Assembly (NCBI RefSeq): GCF_009914755.1 | Contig: NC_060934.1 | Reading direction: 5' to 3' (one strand) | Length of the DNA stretch: 64,000 nucleotides | DNA from: the human T2T-CHM13v2.0 reference genome, Homo sapiens | In this document: positions 46,201 through 59,249 of the stretch, one piece after another | Numbering within the stretch: the first letter of the stretch is position 1 | Layout: every line of letters begins with the position of its first letter | Translations under genes and position numbers: made by a program | Notes under the pieces: model-generated | Seen by the model: only the letters and a program-made list of their open reading frames with translations | Databases searched by the model: none | What the model was told of the DNA's origin: nothing

Positions 46201-46850
46201 TCACTTGTACTTCCAACAGTGTTTCTGATGGTCAAGCTGAACACCAGTTTTTAAATTGAGAGCAGTGCTACTATGTTTGGATGTCCAACCTGCTGTGCAG
46301 TGGGCCATATGACATTGTAATTCCTTTCTTCAATGGATATGAGCTTACTCAGGTTACACCAACTTGTTACTCATTATGAAAGTTTGTAGGGGACAGAAGA
46401 TAAAGGCAAAAGATGGTCTCATTATTTGGATTCTGTAGTTTAGGCCTCACCCAGGTATTCCAGAACATTCCCATTGTAAGGTCAAGACCCTGATCTCTAG
46501 AGCACTGAGTGCCATCTGACCAATTTCTAAGGGTTTCAGAAATTTTAACTTAGGGAACTATTTGTTGTCCCCAGCCACGATTCCTTGAATCACATCTTCT
46601 ATATATGCATTTATAGATTTATTTATCATCCATCCCAGCTAGCATTCCTGATCTTGGTTTACCTCTCCTGCTAGGAAACAGGCACACCTATGTAAAATCA
46701 AGAACATACACTAGGATGAGTAGAAATCATAGCCTTCACTGACTGGAAGGACTCTTGGAGAAAATTTGTCCCAACATCCTCATGTTGGGGAAAGAGAGTA
46801 TAAAATAGTTGCAAATGCTTTAAAGGTATTACACATTGCTGTGCTCTTAC

Positions 46851-46949
46851 CCTTGCGGTGAAATCCACAGCAGCCGCTCGGTTTAACAGCAACGTGGCTA
46901 CATTGATATTTCCATAGTGAGCAGCTATGTGGAGCGGAGTGAAGCCACT
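46851..46949 (-). CDS. ANK3: ANK3 coding exon (exon 7), 99 nt, [33 protein letters not shown]
   Basis: Acceptor tgttttctttacag, donor AGG|GTAAGA (cttac 46846-50). Within ORF 46698..46973. Confidence 0.97.
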
Positions 46950-48117
46950 CTGTAAAGAAAACATAGCAGACATTCAATTGATTCCTGCCAGCCCCCTGCC
47001 TGACAGGCAAATATCATAACCCTGCCCAAATAAAAATGAGGAAGCAAAATATGCTGAGGTCTATGTTCCATTCTGTACTAGGTTTCGATCAGTGCCAATT
47101 GCTCACAGGGTTTCTAATAAACCCCAAACTTACAGGCAGAAGAATAGCCAGGGAGGAACCAAGGGTGGAGACTGAGCAATTTTAGTAATCCAATAACAGA
47201 ACTATATAAAAGCCAACATTTCAAGAAATTAAGATAGAGATGAGAAAAATCTTTATAGCTGATAGCTTGATTAGTGCCGCTGTTTTATTACTGACGATAG
47301 AATTGTGCATTGAAACTCAAAATTCAATTAGTTTATATATTTGATATAGATTCATATTACTGAACAGTAAATGCCAATTTTCATGACAAAAGCAGTTTTG
47401 GGGGGAAGACGTACTACCACAAAGTTGGTTTTATATAATGGGCAATTGTATTCCATGAAGAATCCACAAGTTAATCTCTTTGTTAGCCAATGCCTATTCA
47501 ATAACACATGTTTTTGGATTGTTCATACCAAGGTCATTTTACTTCCTTAAAAAATGCTAAAACATGCAGCGATTCACTTAGTCCCCAAAGATTGAAACCT
47601 TATAGGAACTAGATGCATTTCTAATTTGTTAGCAAGCTTCTTAGCCATGCTAGCTATCTCACTGAGTCTTGTAGAAGGGTGGGTCATATTGACACCATTC
47701 TGAAATACCTTTCCTTTTGCTGACACCACAGAGGGTAAGTGTCATGCACAACCCTAAAAAACGAGTCCTGGATGAGTAGAATGACAGGGTTGTCTGCAGC
47801 TTTAGATATAGCTGATAAACATCTAAAGTGTCCAGACTCTTCATCTCACACAGCTCTATTGCAATACCCTTAAGAGTCAAGGATTCCTCATCTCTTTCAA
47901 ACACCAGGTTCAGCTGCAGAAAGCCCTGGTAATCAAACTACTGCTATCTTATCTGGCACATGCTCCTTTGGGGAGAGGAGGGATTGGGGATAAAGCAGGT
48001 ATCTAGCCTACAGAAGGCGATGCAAAGAAGAAGGGAGAGACATGAGGCAGCAGCACTAAGTCATGGGAAAATGATGATGCAGATATAGACTACACGTATA
48101 TGCATATATATATATAC

Positions 48118-48141
48118 CTCTGTTGTTCTATTCACCACCAT
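48118..48141 (-). CDS. ANK3: ANK3 alternative 24-nt microexon, ATG GTG GTG AAT AGA ACA ACA GAG = MVVNRTTE
   Basis: Flanked by TAG acceptor (plus ct 48142-43) and GAG|GTATAT donor (ac 48116-17), with an upstream pyrimidine tract and ACTAAC. Phase 0/0. The peptide is 7/8 identical to the MMVNRTTE insert at the equivalent position in ankyrin-B. Confidence 0.93.
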
Positions 48142-48195
48142 CTAGGTTAACACATTTGGAAGCAAAGAGGAGGAAAAAATGAACGGTTAGTTCAC
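48142..48195 (-). promoter_or_regulatory. Microexon 3' splice region: ACTAAC branch point (48186-91), pyrimidine tract (48165-79), UGC (48162-64)
   Basis: Minus strand reads gtgaactaaccgttcattttttcctcctctttgcttccaaatgtgttaacctag. Confidence 0.8.
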
Positions 48196-48826
48196 TATTG
48201 GTGATATGGATTGCAGAAAGCTCATGACAGCTAAGTAATGAGGATGGAAGCTCTGATGAAAGCACAATAGGCACAGAAAGAAAGCTAGACTGAATGATGG
48301 GCTACGCAACGGCCTAGTCCAAATGTCACATTTCCGTCACAGAGACTTTCAGGTACCACATGTCAAGACGATGGGAATTTTTGGCTGCGGCTCTCTTGCT
48401 GCTGGCATGCTTTCCGCAGCTGATCTACGCTCAGTGCCTGGCCTGTCATCTTGGGTATCAACCAGAGGTTTGTTTGTGTACACTGTCTTCAGTATTTTGT
48501 AATTTTTCGCCCTGATGTTTGAGCTGAACTGTTGAATATATTCCAAAACTATATTCAAAGGAAAGAAATGATCACTGCATAGAAATTGATTTCTTCTGAG
48601 GTGGCCTCCCTTTTAGCACGCATAGGGCCGCATTCCCCTCACCCCCCAACTTCTCATGTGAAGGGAGGCTGTGCCTTCAGTGGCTAGCTCAGACACACAT
48701 TGTTCCTCCCTTCAATGAAGTTAAAGGCATGGCATAAGCTTGCGAAGAGGGAGACCGGGTGCTCTTAAAGGTTGTGTGTCTAACACCGGAGAGTTGCATG
48801 ACAGGCCCGTGTCCCTCGTGCCTCAC

Positions 48827-49012
48827 CTTTGATTCCACATCTGCATTGTTGTCATTCTGCAGCAGCAGGGCGGCGGCTTTCGTGTCGTCTTTTCGGGCCG
48901 CGATATGAAGAGCTGGGAGACGCACTTTTCCTTTGGTGTCATTCTCTAGCAGGAGCGAAACGACTTGGTCGTGACCTTGTTGCAAAGCCACTGCCAATGG
49001 TGTGAAGCCATC
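48827..49012 (-). CDS. ANK3: ANK3 coding exon (exon 6), 186 nt, [62 protein letters not shown] (shortened repeat plus next repeat)
   Basis: Acceptor atttatttgcag, donor AAG|GTGAGG (cctcac 48821-26). Within ORF 48689..49108; locally CpG-rich. Confidence 0.97.
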
Positions 49013-49335
49013 CTGCAAATAAATGGATGGGTCAAGATGGGCTCCAATGAATATTTTCTTTTTTATTAAATTAACAAATAAGAAGGCAACCAAGTGACCA
49101 AGCATCAATTTTTGTTTGGGATTATTAAAACTAACAACATATTTGAATGGACAGAAATGTGAAAGATATTTTCAAAAAAAATTTATCTATACAAAGTAAA
49201 AAATACTAAGAAATTTGTAATAAGTTCATGGGTTTTGGTTTTCTTTTCCATTAAAAATTAATATACATTAATTGGGAAAATTTTGAAAGTGTACAAAAAT
49301 ACTACATATAAAAGAAAAAGTTGCTATAATATCAA

Positions 49336-49649
49336 TATTCATAAAATAATCTCAGGGCCAGGTGCGGTGGCTCATGCCTGTAATCTCAGCACTTTGGGAG
49401 GCAGAGGCGGCCAGATTGCCAGAGGTCAGGAGTTCGAGACCAGCATGATCAACATTGTGAAACCCCGTCTCTACTAAAAATACAAAAATTGGCCGAGGGT
49501 GGTGGATGCCTGTAGTCTCAGCTATTTGGGAGGCTGAGACAGAGGAATAGCTTGAATCTGGGAGGTGGAGACTGCAGTGAGCCAAGACCATGCCATTTCA
49601 CCTGTGTGACAGAGCAAGACTCTGTCAAAAAAAAAAAAGAAAAAAAAAA
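49336..49649 (+). mobile_element. AluS element
   Basis: Alu dimer; TSD aatctcagg. Confidence 0.95.
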
Positions 49650-49959
49650 TCTCAGGCTAAATCCAGGCAAAGTTTTCAAAGGAGATCATTTAAATAAGAT
49701 GTAAACATTTCCACTGATTTTTAAAAACTGAGATGTATGTCTGTCTGGTTCATTACTGTGCCCTGTTGCCTCGCATATTCCTGGTGCTGTCAGGATAGGT
49801 GAATTCATGAACTGTACTCATTGTTGCTTTATGAAAGATCTATAGAGGCTAAGGTCTCTAGAGCTAAGAGAAAGACTCTTGGCTTCTGTGACCATTGAGA
49901 GAAGACAACACAAAGATCATGCAAAACATGACTCTATATATTTATTCTGGTTATTGTCT

Positions 49960-50310
49960 TTTTTCTTTTTAAATTTTATTTTAAATTAAAAATTATAAAT
50001 ATTTATAGGGGTACAAGTGATATTATGACTTATGAATACAATGTGGACAAATCCAGCTAAGTAACATCTTCATTACCACACTTATTTTTTTGTGGTGAGA
50101 ACATTTGAACTTTATTGTCTTAGCAATTTTGATATGTACAATACATTATTACTAACTCTGTTAATCAAGTTGTGCAATAAATTTCAAAAAAAGCAAAATA
50201 AAAACAAAAACTTATCCCTCCTCATTGACCATTACCTCCTGTCTCCCCATTACTCCCAGTTCCTAGCCTCTGGTAACCACCATGTTCCTCTCTGCTTCTA
50301 AGAATTTGAT
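49960..50310 (-). mobile_element. L1MA-type 3' end fragment
   Basis: ggggtacaagtgat...ttttgtggtgagaacatttgaa...cttagcaatttt...gcctctggtaaccacc. Confidence 0.8.
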
Positions 50311-52986
50311 TAAAACACGACTTTAGAATAAATTCAGACATAAGTGCACACATACATACTCTATACATTTTGACTCTCCCCTTTGTGTTGCCCTGGGACT
50401 TGATAAAGGGGACACAGCTACAGATTTCACTGCAGTGAAATTAACTTGTGGATTACCTAGAGTTGTTGAATGTAGAAAAAACAGCACAGGGTAGAAAAAT
50501 CCTAGGACTGGCTCACAAATTGTAATTCTGCAAAGGTTTCATTATTATATACTCAAAAGGGCATTTTTTTTTTAACTAGAGAACTGGCATGCAAGTTACT
50601 TATTATTTTATTTGGGTCATGATATTTTATTTCTGTAGTCCCATGGTAAAGAAAAGCATTTGGAAAACACATAGGAGCACATATGCACCAAGGTCTTCCT
50701 AAAACATCCCTTTCAACATTCCTTCCCTTGCTAGCATATGGAGAAAGGCTCTCATAATTCATCTGACTGAATGCAAATCAGCATACTTATATCCAAGATG
50801 TGCAAAACATTGACCCAAAGCACTTAAGGGACATTATTGCTCAGTACTGTCCCCTATAAAGTCCTTTCTGCCAGTGTCTGTACTGATTATGCACGTACAG
50901 ACTTCACTCTCCTCTGACACCTGTACTCATGCTATTTCCCCCACCCTGAAATGCCCTCTTCTTTTCTCTATGTATACAAATCCCCTCTACCCTCCATGCT
51001 TCAAGATCTGGCTTAAATGCCACCTGTTTCTTTTAACTTTACTACCAAAGACAGCAGGAAAAAGGAAAACAATAACATAACCAAAACAACTAGAAGGTTA
51101 TTCCCTGAAGCCTTAAGAAAGATAACAAACAGGGAAAGACTAGATACATCCAAGATGTCACAAAAACGATATCATAGGTTTACACTTAAAGACAGGAACT
51201 TTAGGATATAACAAGAAAAGTAGTCTACATGTCAATGTAAATATATATTTTCATTTTCATAAAGGTACATACATGTATCTAATGTGTACATGTGCAAGCA
51301 ATCGGGTAAAATGTTATCTCTAGGGAAAATTAACAGAGATTTCTTGCTTCTTATTGTACTTTCTCATTTATGTAATGTATTACTTTTGCAAAAAAAAGAA
51401 AATATGCATTGTTTAAATAAGAGTGTGGCAAAAGGAAAATTGTGTTTTGAGATTTAATTTTGCATCTCACTTAAAAAACCTGAACAAAAGCTAAGGGGTA
51501 AAAATGACAGTCCACTTCTGCTCTGAAACCAAACAAAATGGCTACATTTCCACTGATGAGAATTTTAAAATTCACAGGACCTATACATAAAGGAAACTAC
51601 TTTGTACCAGAAAATAAACTGCAACTGAGCCGATTAGCAGTGACAAGAATATGTTTCCTGCATAAGCCAATTAAAGACACAAAGATACCAGCTCTAAGGT
51701 GTTAATAGCTAAAATTAGCAGCTCCAGATTTTGTTTCAAAACCAAGTTTAAATGGTGTGGTTTGCTTTGTGCAGTTATTCTTCAGAGAAAAATGAGCAGA
51801 AAGGAAATGTGATAGAGGCTACTGGAAAAAAGGTCCATCCCCTGGTTGCTCAAGGATATCCAGTACCTTATGAAGTGTCTGAAACATAATAGGTGCTTAA
51901 TAATTACTCATGGAATAAACGAACAAACAAATATACTGTGTGCTTCAGAATCGTAATTAGCAAAAGGAAGATTATATATAGAGAGAAAAGATATGAGATG
52001 CAGTACACAGTAATACAAAAACGTTTTAAAAACCACAATTATACTTAAGTCTTGCTACATATATACAAGATTTGAAGTGTGCCAGGCTTACTGAAAAAAA
52101 TACATTTGAAAGAATTTGGCAATATCCCATCGTGTAGTGAATTAAAGATTCTATTAAAAACTTGCTATTTAAAGGATCCTTTAATTGCCCCCTACTGTTT
52201 GTTCTGTAAATACAGAGTTCTCTATAAATAACACCAATATTATTGCTAATGAGAGAGCAATACAGTAATTAGAATATCATTTGAATAAAATGTCTTATTT
52301 CCTGTTGTTGTTCTTATTCTCCAATTCCAATAATCCAAAAGAAGAGAAAAAATTCAAAGGTTCAAACATCTCTAGGTAATTAGATGTTGTTTATATAGCA
52401 ATATAACAGCAACCTCCCTGAAGACATGAACGTGACTTAATAGACACCATGTTTCTTGTTTTTTCCCTTAAAACTACAAAAATAACATGAAATTAAATCA
52501 ATGTAAAAGAGTAAAAACTTTAAAATATATATCCTTTGCTAAAAGACTGAAGTAGTGATTTGAAGATCTCACGTACTATTTTTCTTTAAGTTAGCTGTAG
52601 GGCTTCTTTTGGGGCCTTGAAAACTTTAAAAAGTACTAGAGAGCTCTGAGAGTTACTGGTAATTGGTTTACAATCTAATTCTAATCTATTAGCAGTAAAT
52701 TGGGGTTATGTTTGCTTCTAAAGGAGAGATACTTAGTGATCCGTACATCACAGTGTGAAAAAAGAGTCCTACGCCATCTTCACAAAGAAAGCTATGGAAT
52801 CACTTTCATTAGGTTATTTACAGTACTTAATATTTCCATCCAAAAAATGAGGATGGGTTTTCTCTTAACCAACAGTCTCTGCCTGTCTCTATTTCCCCTG
52901 TCCGCTAGGACACAATGTGTGTATCGTAGTGTGCTTAGAATAGCTACTCTTGAGTGTGAAGAGAGGCACCGTTCTCTGCCTAGCAA

Positions 52987-53164
52987 GTTTGTTCTTTTTT
53001 GTTTGTTTAGAGACAGGGTCTCACTGTTGCCCAGGCTGGAGTGTAGCGACTACTCACAGGTGCAACCACAGAGCACTGTATCCTCAAACTTCTAGGCTCA
53101 AGTGCCTCCTGTCTCTACCTCCTGAGGGGCTGGGACTACCGGTGTGTGCCCTTGCACCCGGCTA
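52987..53164 (-). mobile_element. FRAM / Alu right monomer
   Basis: gagacagggtctcactgttgcccaggctggagtg...cacccggctaa. Confidence 0.85.
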
Positions 53165-53214
53165 AATGTTTGTTATTTTGATATCAACCAGTGGTTATTT
53201 CCTAACTAGCTTTA

Positions 53215-53950
53215 AGAATACTATTACAAAAATAGTACATTCTCATGATAAAAATTCCCCAAAGCACTGATGGGTATAAAATAAAAAAATATGTATAAAA
53301 ATTCCCAACAGTACTGATGGGTACAAAGGCTCCCTCCGAATTCTCAGGGCAAACCACTGGTAACAATCTACTATGGACATTTTCCTATATCAGTACATAG
53401 AGCCTTGCCTCGTTTTTAACAGTGCTAACAGCGTGTTATTGTATAAATATATGAACATTTACTAACAGGTTTCTTTTTTCTTTCCAAGCCAAATAGTTCT
53501 GAATAAACAGGATTCTTATTGGTGTAAATTTAGATTCTGATTTTTAAAAATTGCTATTATTAATTGTGTTGACAAACATCCTTTATACTATTTTTGCATC
53601 CTAATGCAAACATATCTATAATATATATTTGATATATCTAATATTTCTATAATATAACTTTTTAGAAGTGCAGCTGCTAAGTAAAAAGGCTTGTAAATAC
53701 TAGTTTTTGATAGTTACTGCCAAATGTTCTGTAAAAGTGTTGTAACCAACAATCAATTTCACCAGTATTGTAGGAAAGTTCTGGTTTCCTCTCCCCATGA
53801 AATTTTTGTTTTTAGTCTCATGGGCAAAAGATTAGATCTTATTTTGTATCTGACTAATAAATTAGTATTTGACTATAAATGAGGATGAGAAATTTTCATA
53901 TATTTATGTTTGTTTGTGTATGTTTTCTGTGAGCTATCTCTTAATTTATT
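53215..53950 (-). mobile_element. Ancient L1ME fragment
   Basis: tttagaagtgcagctgctaagtaaaaagg...tttgatagttactgccaaat. Confidence 0.5.
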
Positions 53951-54354
53951 TAGTGGTTTCCCTAGAAGGTATAATCTCAAAAACTAAGTGAGATTAGATG
54001 CAGTTTATCTACTGCCATCTTTTCTGTGCCATTCAGGAAGCACATCAGCATGCAAGCAAGAGTAGTGGTTTATAATAGGGATAACCCTGCATCTGCCCTA
54101 ATTCACTGTGTTGTTAGAAATAAAAAATACTCAAATATTGATCCTTTATTATTAGCAATAGATATCTGGTGACATGCTTAAGTGATTCCAGTCTTCCATC
54201 CAGATTAGTTTAAAAAATAAACAACATTACCTAAGACAGTGCCAATGGCCTAAATAACTTTCTATTTTTAAATAATTATTCTATTCTAGACAGCAAAGAT
54301 TTTTTTTCTTCAAATACCACATCTATTTAACACTTAAAAATGTGTAATAGTTTT

Positions 54355-54667
<313 letters not shown>

Positions 54668-55121
54668 TTATTTATAACTATGAATTAAGTCTAGTTAACT
54701 TAAAAAATACAAATTCAATCATTATAATTAGGTAAACTTAAATTTGGAAAAACAATTTAAAACTAATGTTTTATTGAAAAGATAGTTCACATCAATTACT
54801 CCAAAACAATGATTGCCTTTGCCTATAAGCCAAAATTGTAAGAGACAGAAAAGAATTCTCAAGCAAATACGTTAAATATTAAAATAATAGCATAATTATA
54901 GCATAGAATCGGGCATTTAAGAGTAGAAAGAGTATCTATGCAACAGAAGATTTGTAAAAATTAAAAGTAGACTTATAGTAATGTATTTCATAAAACTTAT
55001 GAACCCACACATTAATATAAAACTTCAATTGAAATACTAGTAGGACAAATTCACAACTCCAGGTTTTCAAAATGCCCTATAAATACGTGAACTCACCCAC
55101 AGGAAAAAAACAGTATCTTAC

Positions 55122-55220
55122 CTCTGTGGCTAGGCTCTGGCTTGCACCATTGTCAAGAAGAAACTTGACAACTTCCAGGTGATTTTCCTGGGCTGCCATA
55201 TACAATGGCGTGAAACCATT
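55122..55220 (-). CDS. ANK3: ANK3 coding exon (exon 5), 99 nt, [33 protein letters not shown]
   Basis: Acceptor ttttttttcttattttgcag, donor GAG|GTAAGA (cttac 55117-21). Translated by hand; the listed ORFs here are in other frames. Confidence 0.97.
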
Positions 55221-56166
55221 CTGCAAAATAAGAAAAAAAATGTTTGTCTGCAGCTTTCCAGAGACAATCTATTTTTCCATGGTACTGATGATTTATGCTC
55301 CAAGAAGTGCTCACATACAATAACTTTAATAATACTTTCATATAGATATAAATATTTATTAGAAAACCCAAGCACCATGGCTTAAGCTAAATTCCTGATC
55401 TGTGTAATTCAAAATTATATTTCATAATTCATAATTTGAGTATAGCTCATAGTTAATAGTTCATAGTTAATAGTCCAAGTATAATTCAAAGCAATTTACC
55501 CACTTTAAAGAAATAAGTACACTCACTTAGTCATCAACCACTTATTGAGAGTCTACCATGAGTAAGTATTTTACTAGATGCTATGAGACTATGAAGAAAA
55601 ACACATTTAGTCACTGTAGCTCCCAAGCATCAATTATCTGTTTTAAATAAACATGTAATATTTTCACACAAAAGTATCTGAACTAGTTTTGACTAGTTCA
55701 GGGAGGAATTTATATTAATCTCAAATAGCTTCAAAGCTTTTCAAATAGCTTCAAATAGCTTCAAAGTTACCACAGATGTGGTCTTTAAGAGCAAAAAAGA
55801 AATGCCGATTTGCATAATGGTATGATTCAATCTAATTCACAGTCTGTTTTTTGTAGGCCTCCTTTCTTTGTGTTTTTTTGCTAAGGTAGTTTAATGTTCA
55901 GAATACATATATGGATACATATTACACGTACATACATATGCACATATATTTAGTTTGTATGTGTCTGTGTGCCTCTCTGAAATGTGCATCAACTCTCAAA
56001 GAATTTGGATTCAAGCAAATTAATATGCATATTACATCTTTTCCTACTAAAAAAATGTTGTATATATATTTTTTCTCTAGAATAATGTATTTCATATCTA
56101 TGAAATACTATACTATTTTAAAATCTTATTGCAAGATATAAGCATCAAACAATTTTCAAACTATAA

Positions 56167-56496
<330 letters not shown>

Positions 56497-57080
56497 AGTA
56501 AATTCTTTTTGAATATACTTTTCAGAATGCAGTTCTATTTAACTGAATGTTCCAGAAATTTTACTGTATACATTACGCAATTTCAAAGAATAAAAGTAAA
56601 TATATTCTAAACTACAATGTTACCAAATATTCAACCTTTTGTGATTCAAAAAGTTTAGGTTCATTATTATAAATATCAACTACTATATGATCACCTTACT
56701 TATCCATAAGTTCAGCCTCTGGCAAACACACTGCTTTTGGCTTATAACTGAGAATTAGAAAGTAAGTTAAAAAGATCCTCAAGCAGATAAATGCGATGCC
56801 ACATAACAAATCCACCATAGCTATGTACTTATCAGAGAGTTCCTCTATTCTACTTCCTCTATTTGGCACAGAATTGTAACAAGTTAGGTGATCTAGTTGC
56901 CAAGCTCAAGATTAGAAACACAAAATTAGAGGCAGTGGAATGCAACATCACATTCAATCTTCTTCCTTTTAAATTGTCTACCTGATAATATCTCTGGAGC
57001 CCACTGTTACTCTGTTTTATCATGAAACATTCTACCACATTTAAACATGAAGCATGGAGTACTTGGAACACTGTGGGATT

Positions 57081-57106
57081 TGTGTGTGTGTGTGTGTGTG
57101 TGTGTG
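57081..57106. repeat. (TG)13 microsatellite
   Basis: Direct reading. Confidence 0.95.
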
Positions 57107-57425
57107 CATGCCCATAGGTCCGTGTGTCTTTCATCTTTGTCCCTCTTCCCAGTGCTATGACGCTATGAGTGAAATTCAAAGGGAGTTTAGGATTATCCTC
57201 ATCATATTGCTATTTTCTCATTTTCTAATTGGACCAAAATGAAAGATCATTACATCCTTAGTTAATTTAAATATTCTTTAAGCAACAAAACAAGAAAAGA
57301 AAAGAAAAGGCCAAAACCAGTATGGCTTTTTCTCATAGCTAAACTAGGTACTAAGCATCTATCTTCCCTCATCAAGTGCTCTCTCCGAAAGCTGAAACTT
57401 CCAGAGGGCAGGTTCAGATTTTTAG

Positions 57426-57764
<339 letters not shown>

Positions 57765-58294
57765 TAATTCCAAAATAAGTGTTTTTCTTTCAGACATGAA
57801 TATCAACAAGATATTTATGTCAAGACAAGTAATGTCAGTTCGTTCTCAATGTTGGGGTGGAGGTCTGCTGTGGCCCAAGATTGCCTAAGAAACACTAGTC
57901 TATCCACACATCTCTGGCTCTAGTGAGTGTCCACTGTTCTCACAGTTTCCTTCCAGAACCAACCATTTCAGGATCCATGAAGAAAGCCCAGACTCAGGCA
58001 CTGGGTTTTAAGGTAATGCTTTCTTACAGACCGGGAGTTTCTCAAGAGTTATTCTTAAAAGGCACAACTCTGAAATCACTCTACATGCCCTGTTTTATGA
58101 TGACAGAAACTGAGATGCACAGAATTAGGACTACTTAGAAATATTTGTAGACAACAGCCACAGCAAGATGCAGCCCTATAATTCATTGTTTTCCTTTTCC
58201 ACAATAGCTTTCTACTTTCTTTTTGAGTGCTTGCCATCCTAAGATTATTACCTGAAAGTTGGTCATTTTCTGAACAGTTACATACTTCCTTGTT

Positions 58295-58585
58295 TTTTGA
58301 TTTTTAAAATATTTGTTTATTAATATATAATTTGCATATCATAAAGCTCACCTTTTAAAAGTGTACAATTTAGTGGCTTTAAGTATATTCATAAAATTGG
58401 GCAACCCTTCCCACTATCTAATTCTAGAATATTTTCATCACCCCAAAAAGAAGCCCTCTATACTCCTTAGTGATCACTCCCCATTTCCCCCTAGTAACCA
58501 CTAATGCACTTTCTCTCTCTAGTTTTGCCTATTCTGGATATTCTATATAAACAGAATCATATGATATCTGTCCTTGAATGGTCTG
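58295..58585 (-). mobile_element. L1MB-type 3' end fragment
   Basis: ttttaaaagtgtacaatttagtgg...tagaatattttcatcacccc...ttgcctattctgga. Confidence 0.85.
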
Positions 58586-58591
58586 ATACTA

Positions 58592-59249
58592 TTTCTTTAA
58601 TTTTCTTAAGAGATAGTGATATGATTTGGCTGTGTCCCCACCCAAATCTCACCTTGACTTGTAATAATCCCCAGGTATCAAGGGCGGGGCCAGGTGGAGA
58701 TAATTGAATCATGGGGGGGGTTTCCCCCACACTGTTCTTGTGGTAGTGAATAAGTCTCATAAGATCTGATGGTTTTATAAATGGGAGTTTCCCTGCACAA
58801 GCTCTCTTGCCTGCCACCATGTAAAACGTGACTTTGCTCCTTATTTGCCTTCCACCATGATTGTGAGGCCTTCTCAGCCATGTGGAACTATGAGTCAATT
58901 AAACTTCTTTCCTTTATAAATTACCCAGTCTTGGGTATGTCTTTATTAGCAGCATCAGAACAAGCTAATACAGATAGGGTCTTGCTCTTATTGCCCAGCC
59001 TGGTGTGTAGTCGTGTGATTATAGCTCACTGCAGCCTTAACATGGGCTCAAGTGATTCTCCACCCTTAGCTTCCTGAGTAGCTAGGACTATGGGCATGCA
59101 CTACCACATCTGGCTTTTTTATTTGTATTTTTGTGGAGATAGGGTCTCACTATGTTGCTGAGGCTAGTCTCAAATTCTGGCCTCAAGTGATCCTCCTTCT
59201 TTGGCCTCCCAAAGTGCTAAGATCACAGGCATGAACACTGTGCTTGGCC
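58592..59249 (-). mobile_element. AluJ split by a THE1 LTR
   Basis: T-rich tail 58592-611, body 58973-59249; TSD atactatttct/atgctatttct. Confidence 0.85.
58617..58972 (+). mobile_element. THE1 (THE1C-like) MaLR solo LTR
   Basis: tgatatgatttggctgtgtccccacccaaatctc...ctaataca with perfect 5-bp TSD gatag (58612-16, 58973-77). Confidence 0.93.

Noticed and set aside
48689-49108. 139-aa ORF as a standalone ankyrin gene
   Set aside because: Exon 6 with read-through into introns; ankyrin similarity ends exactly at the splice sites.
53248-53327. 33-bp imperfect direct repeat with 47-bp period
   Set aside because: Old tandem duplication inside an L1ME relic; no sign of function.
55130-55378. ORFs overlapping exon 5
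   Set aside because: Wrong frames; the real peptide is [11 protein letters not shown]... obtained by splicing.
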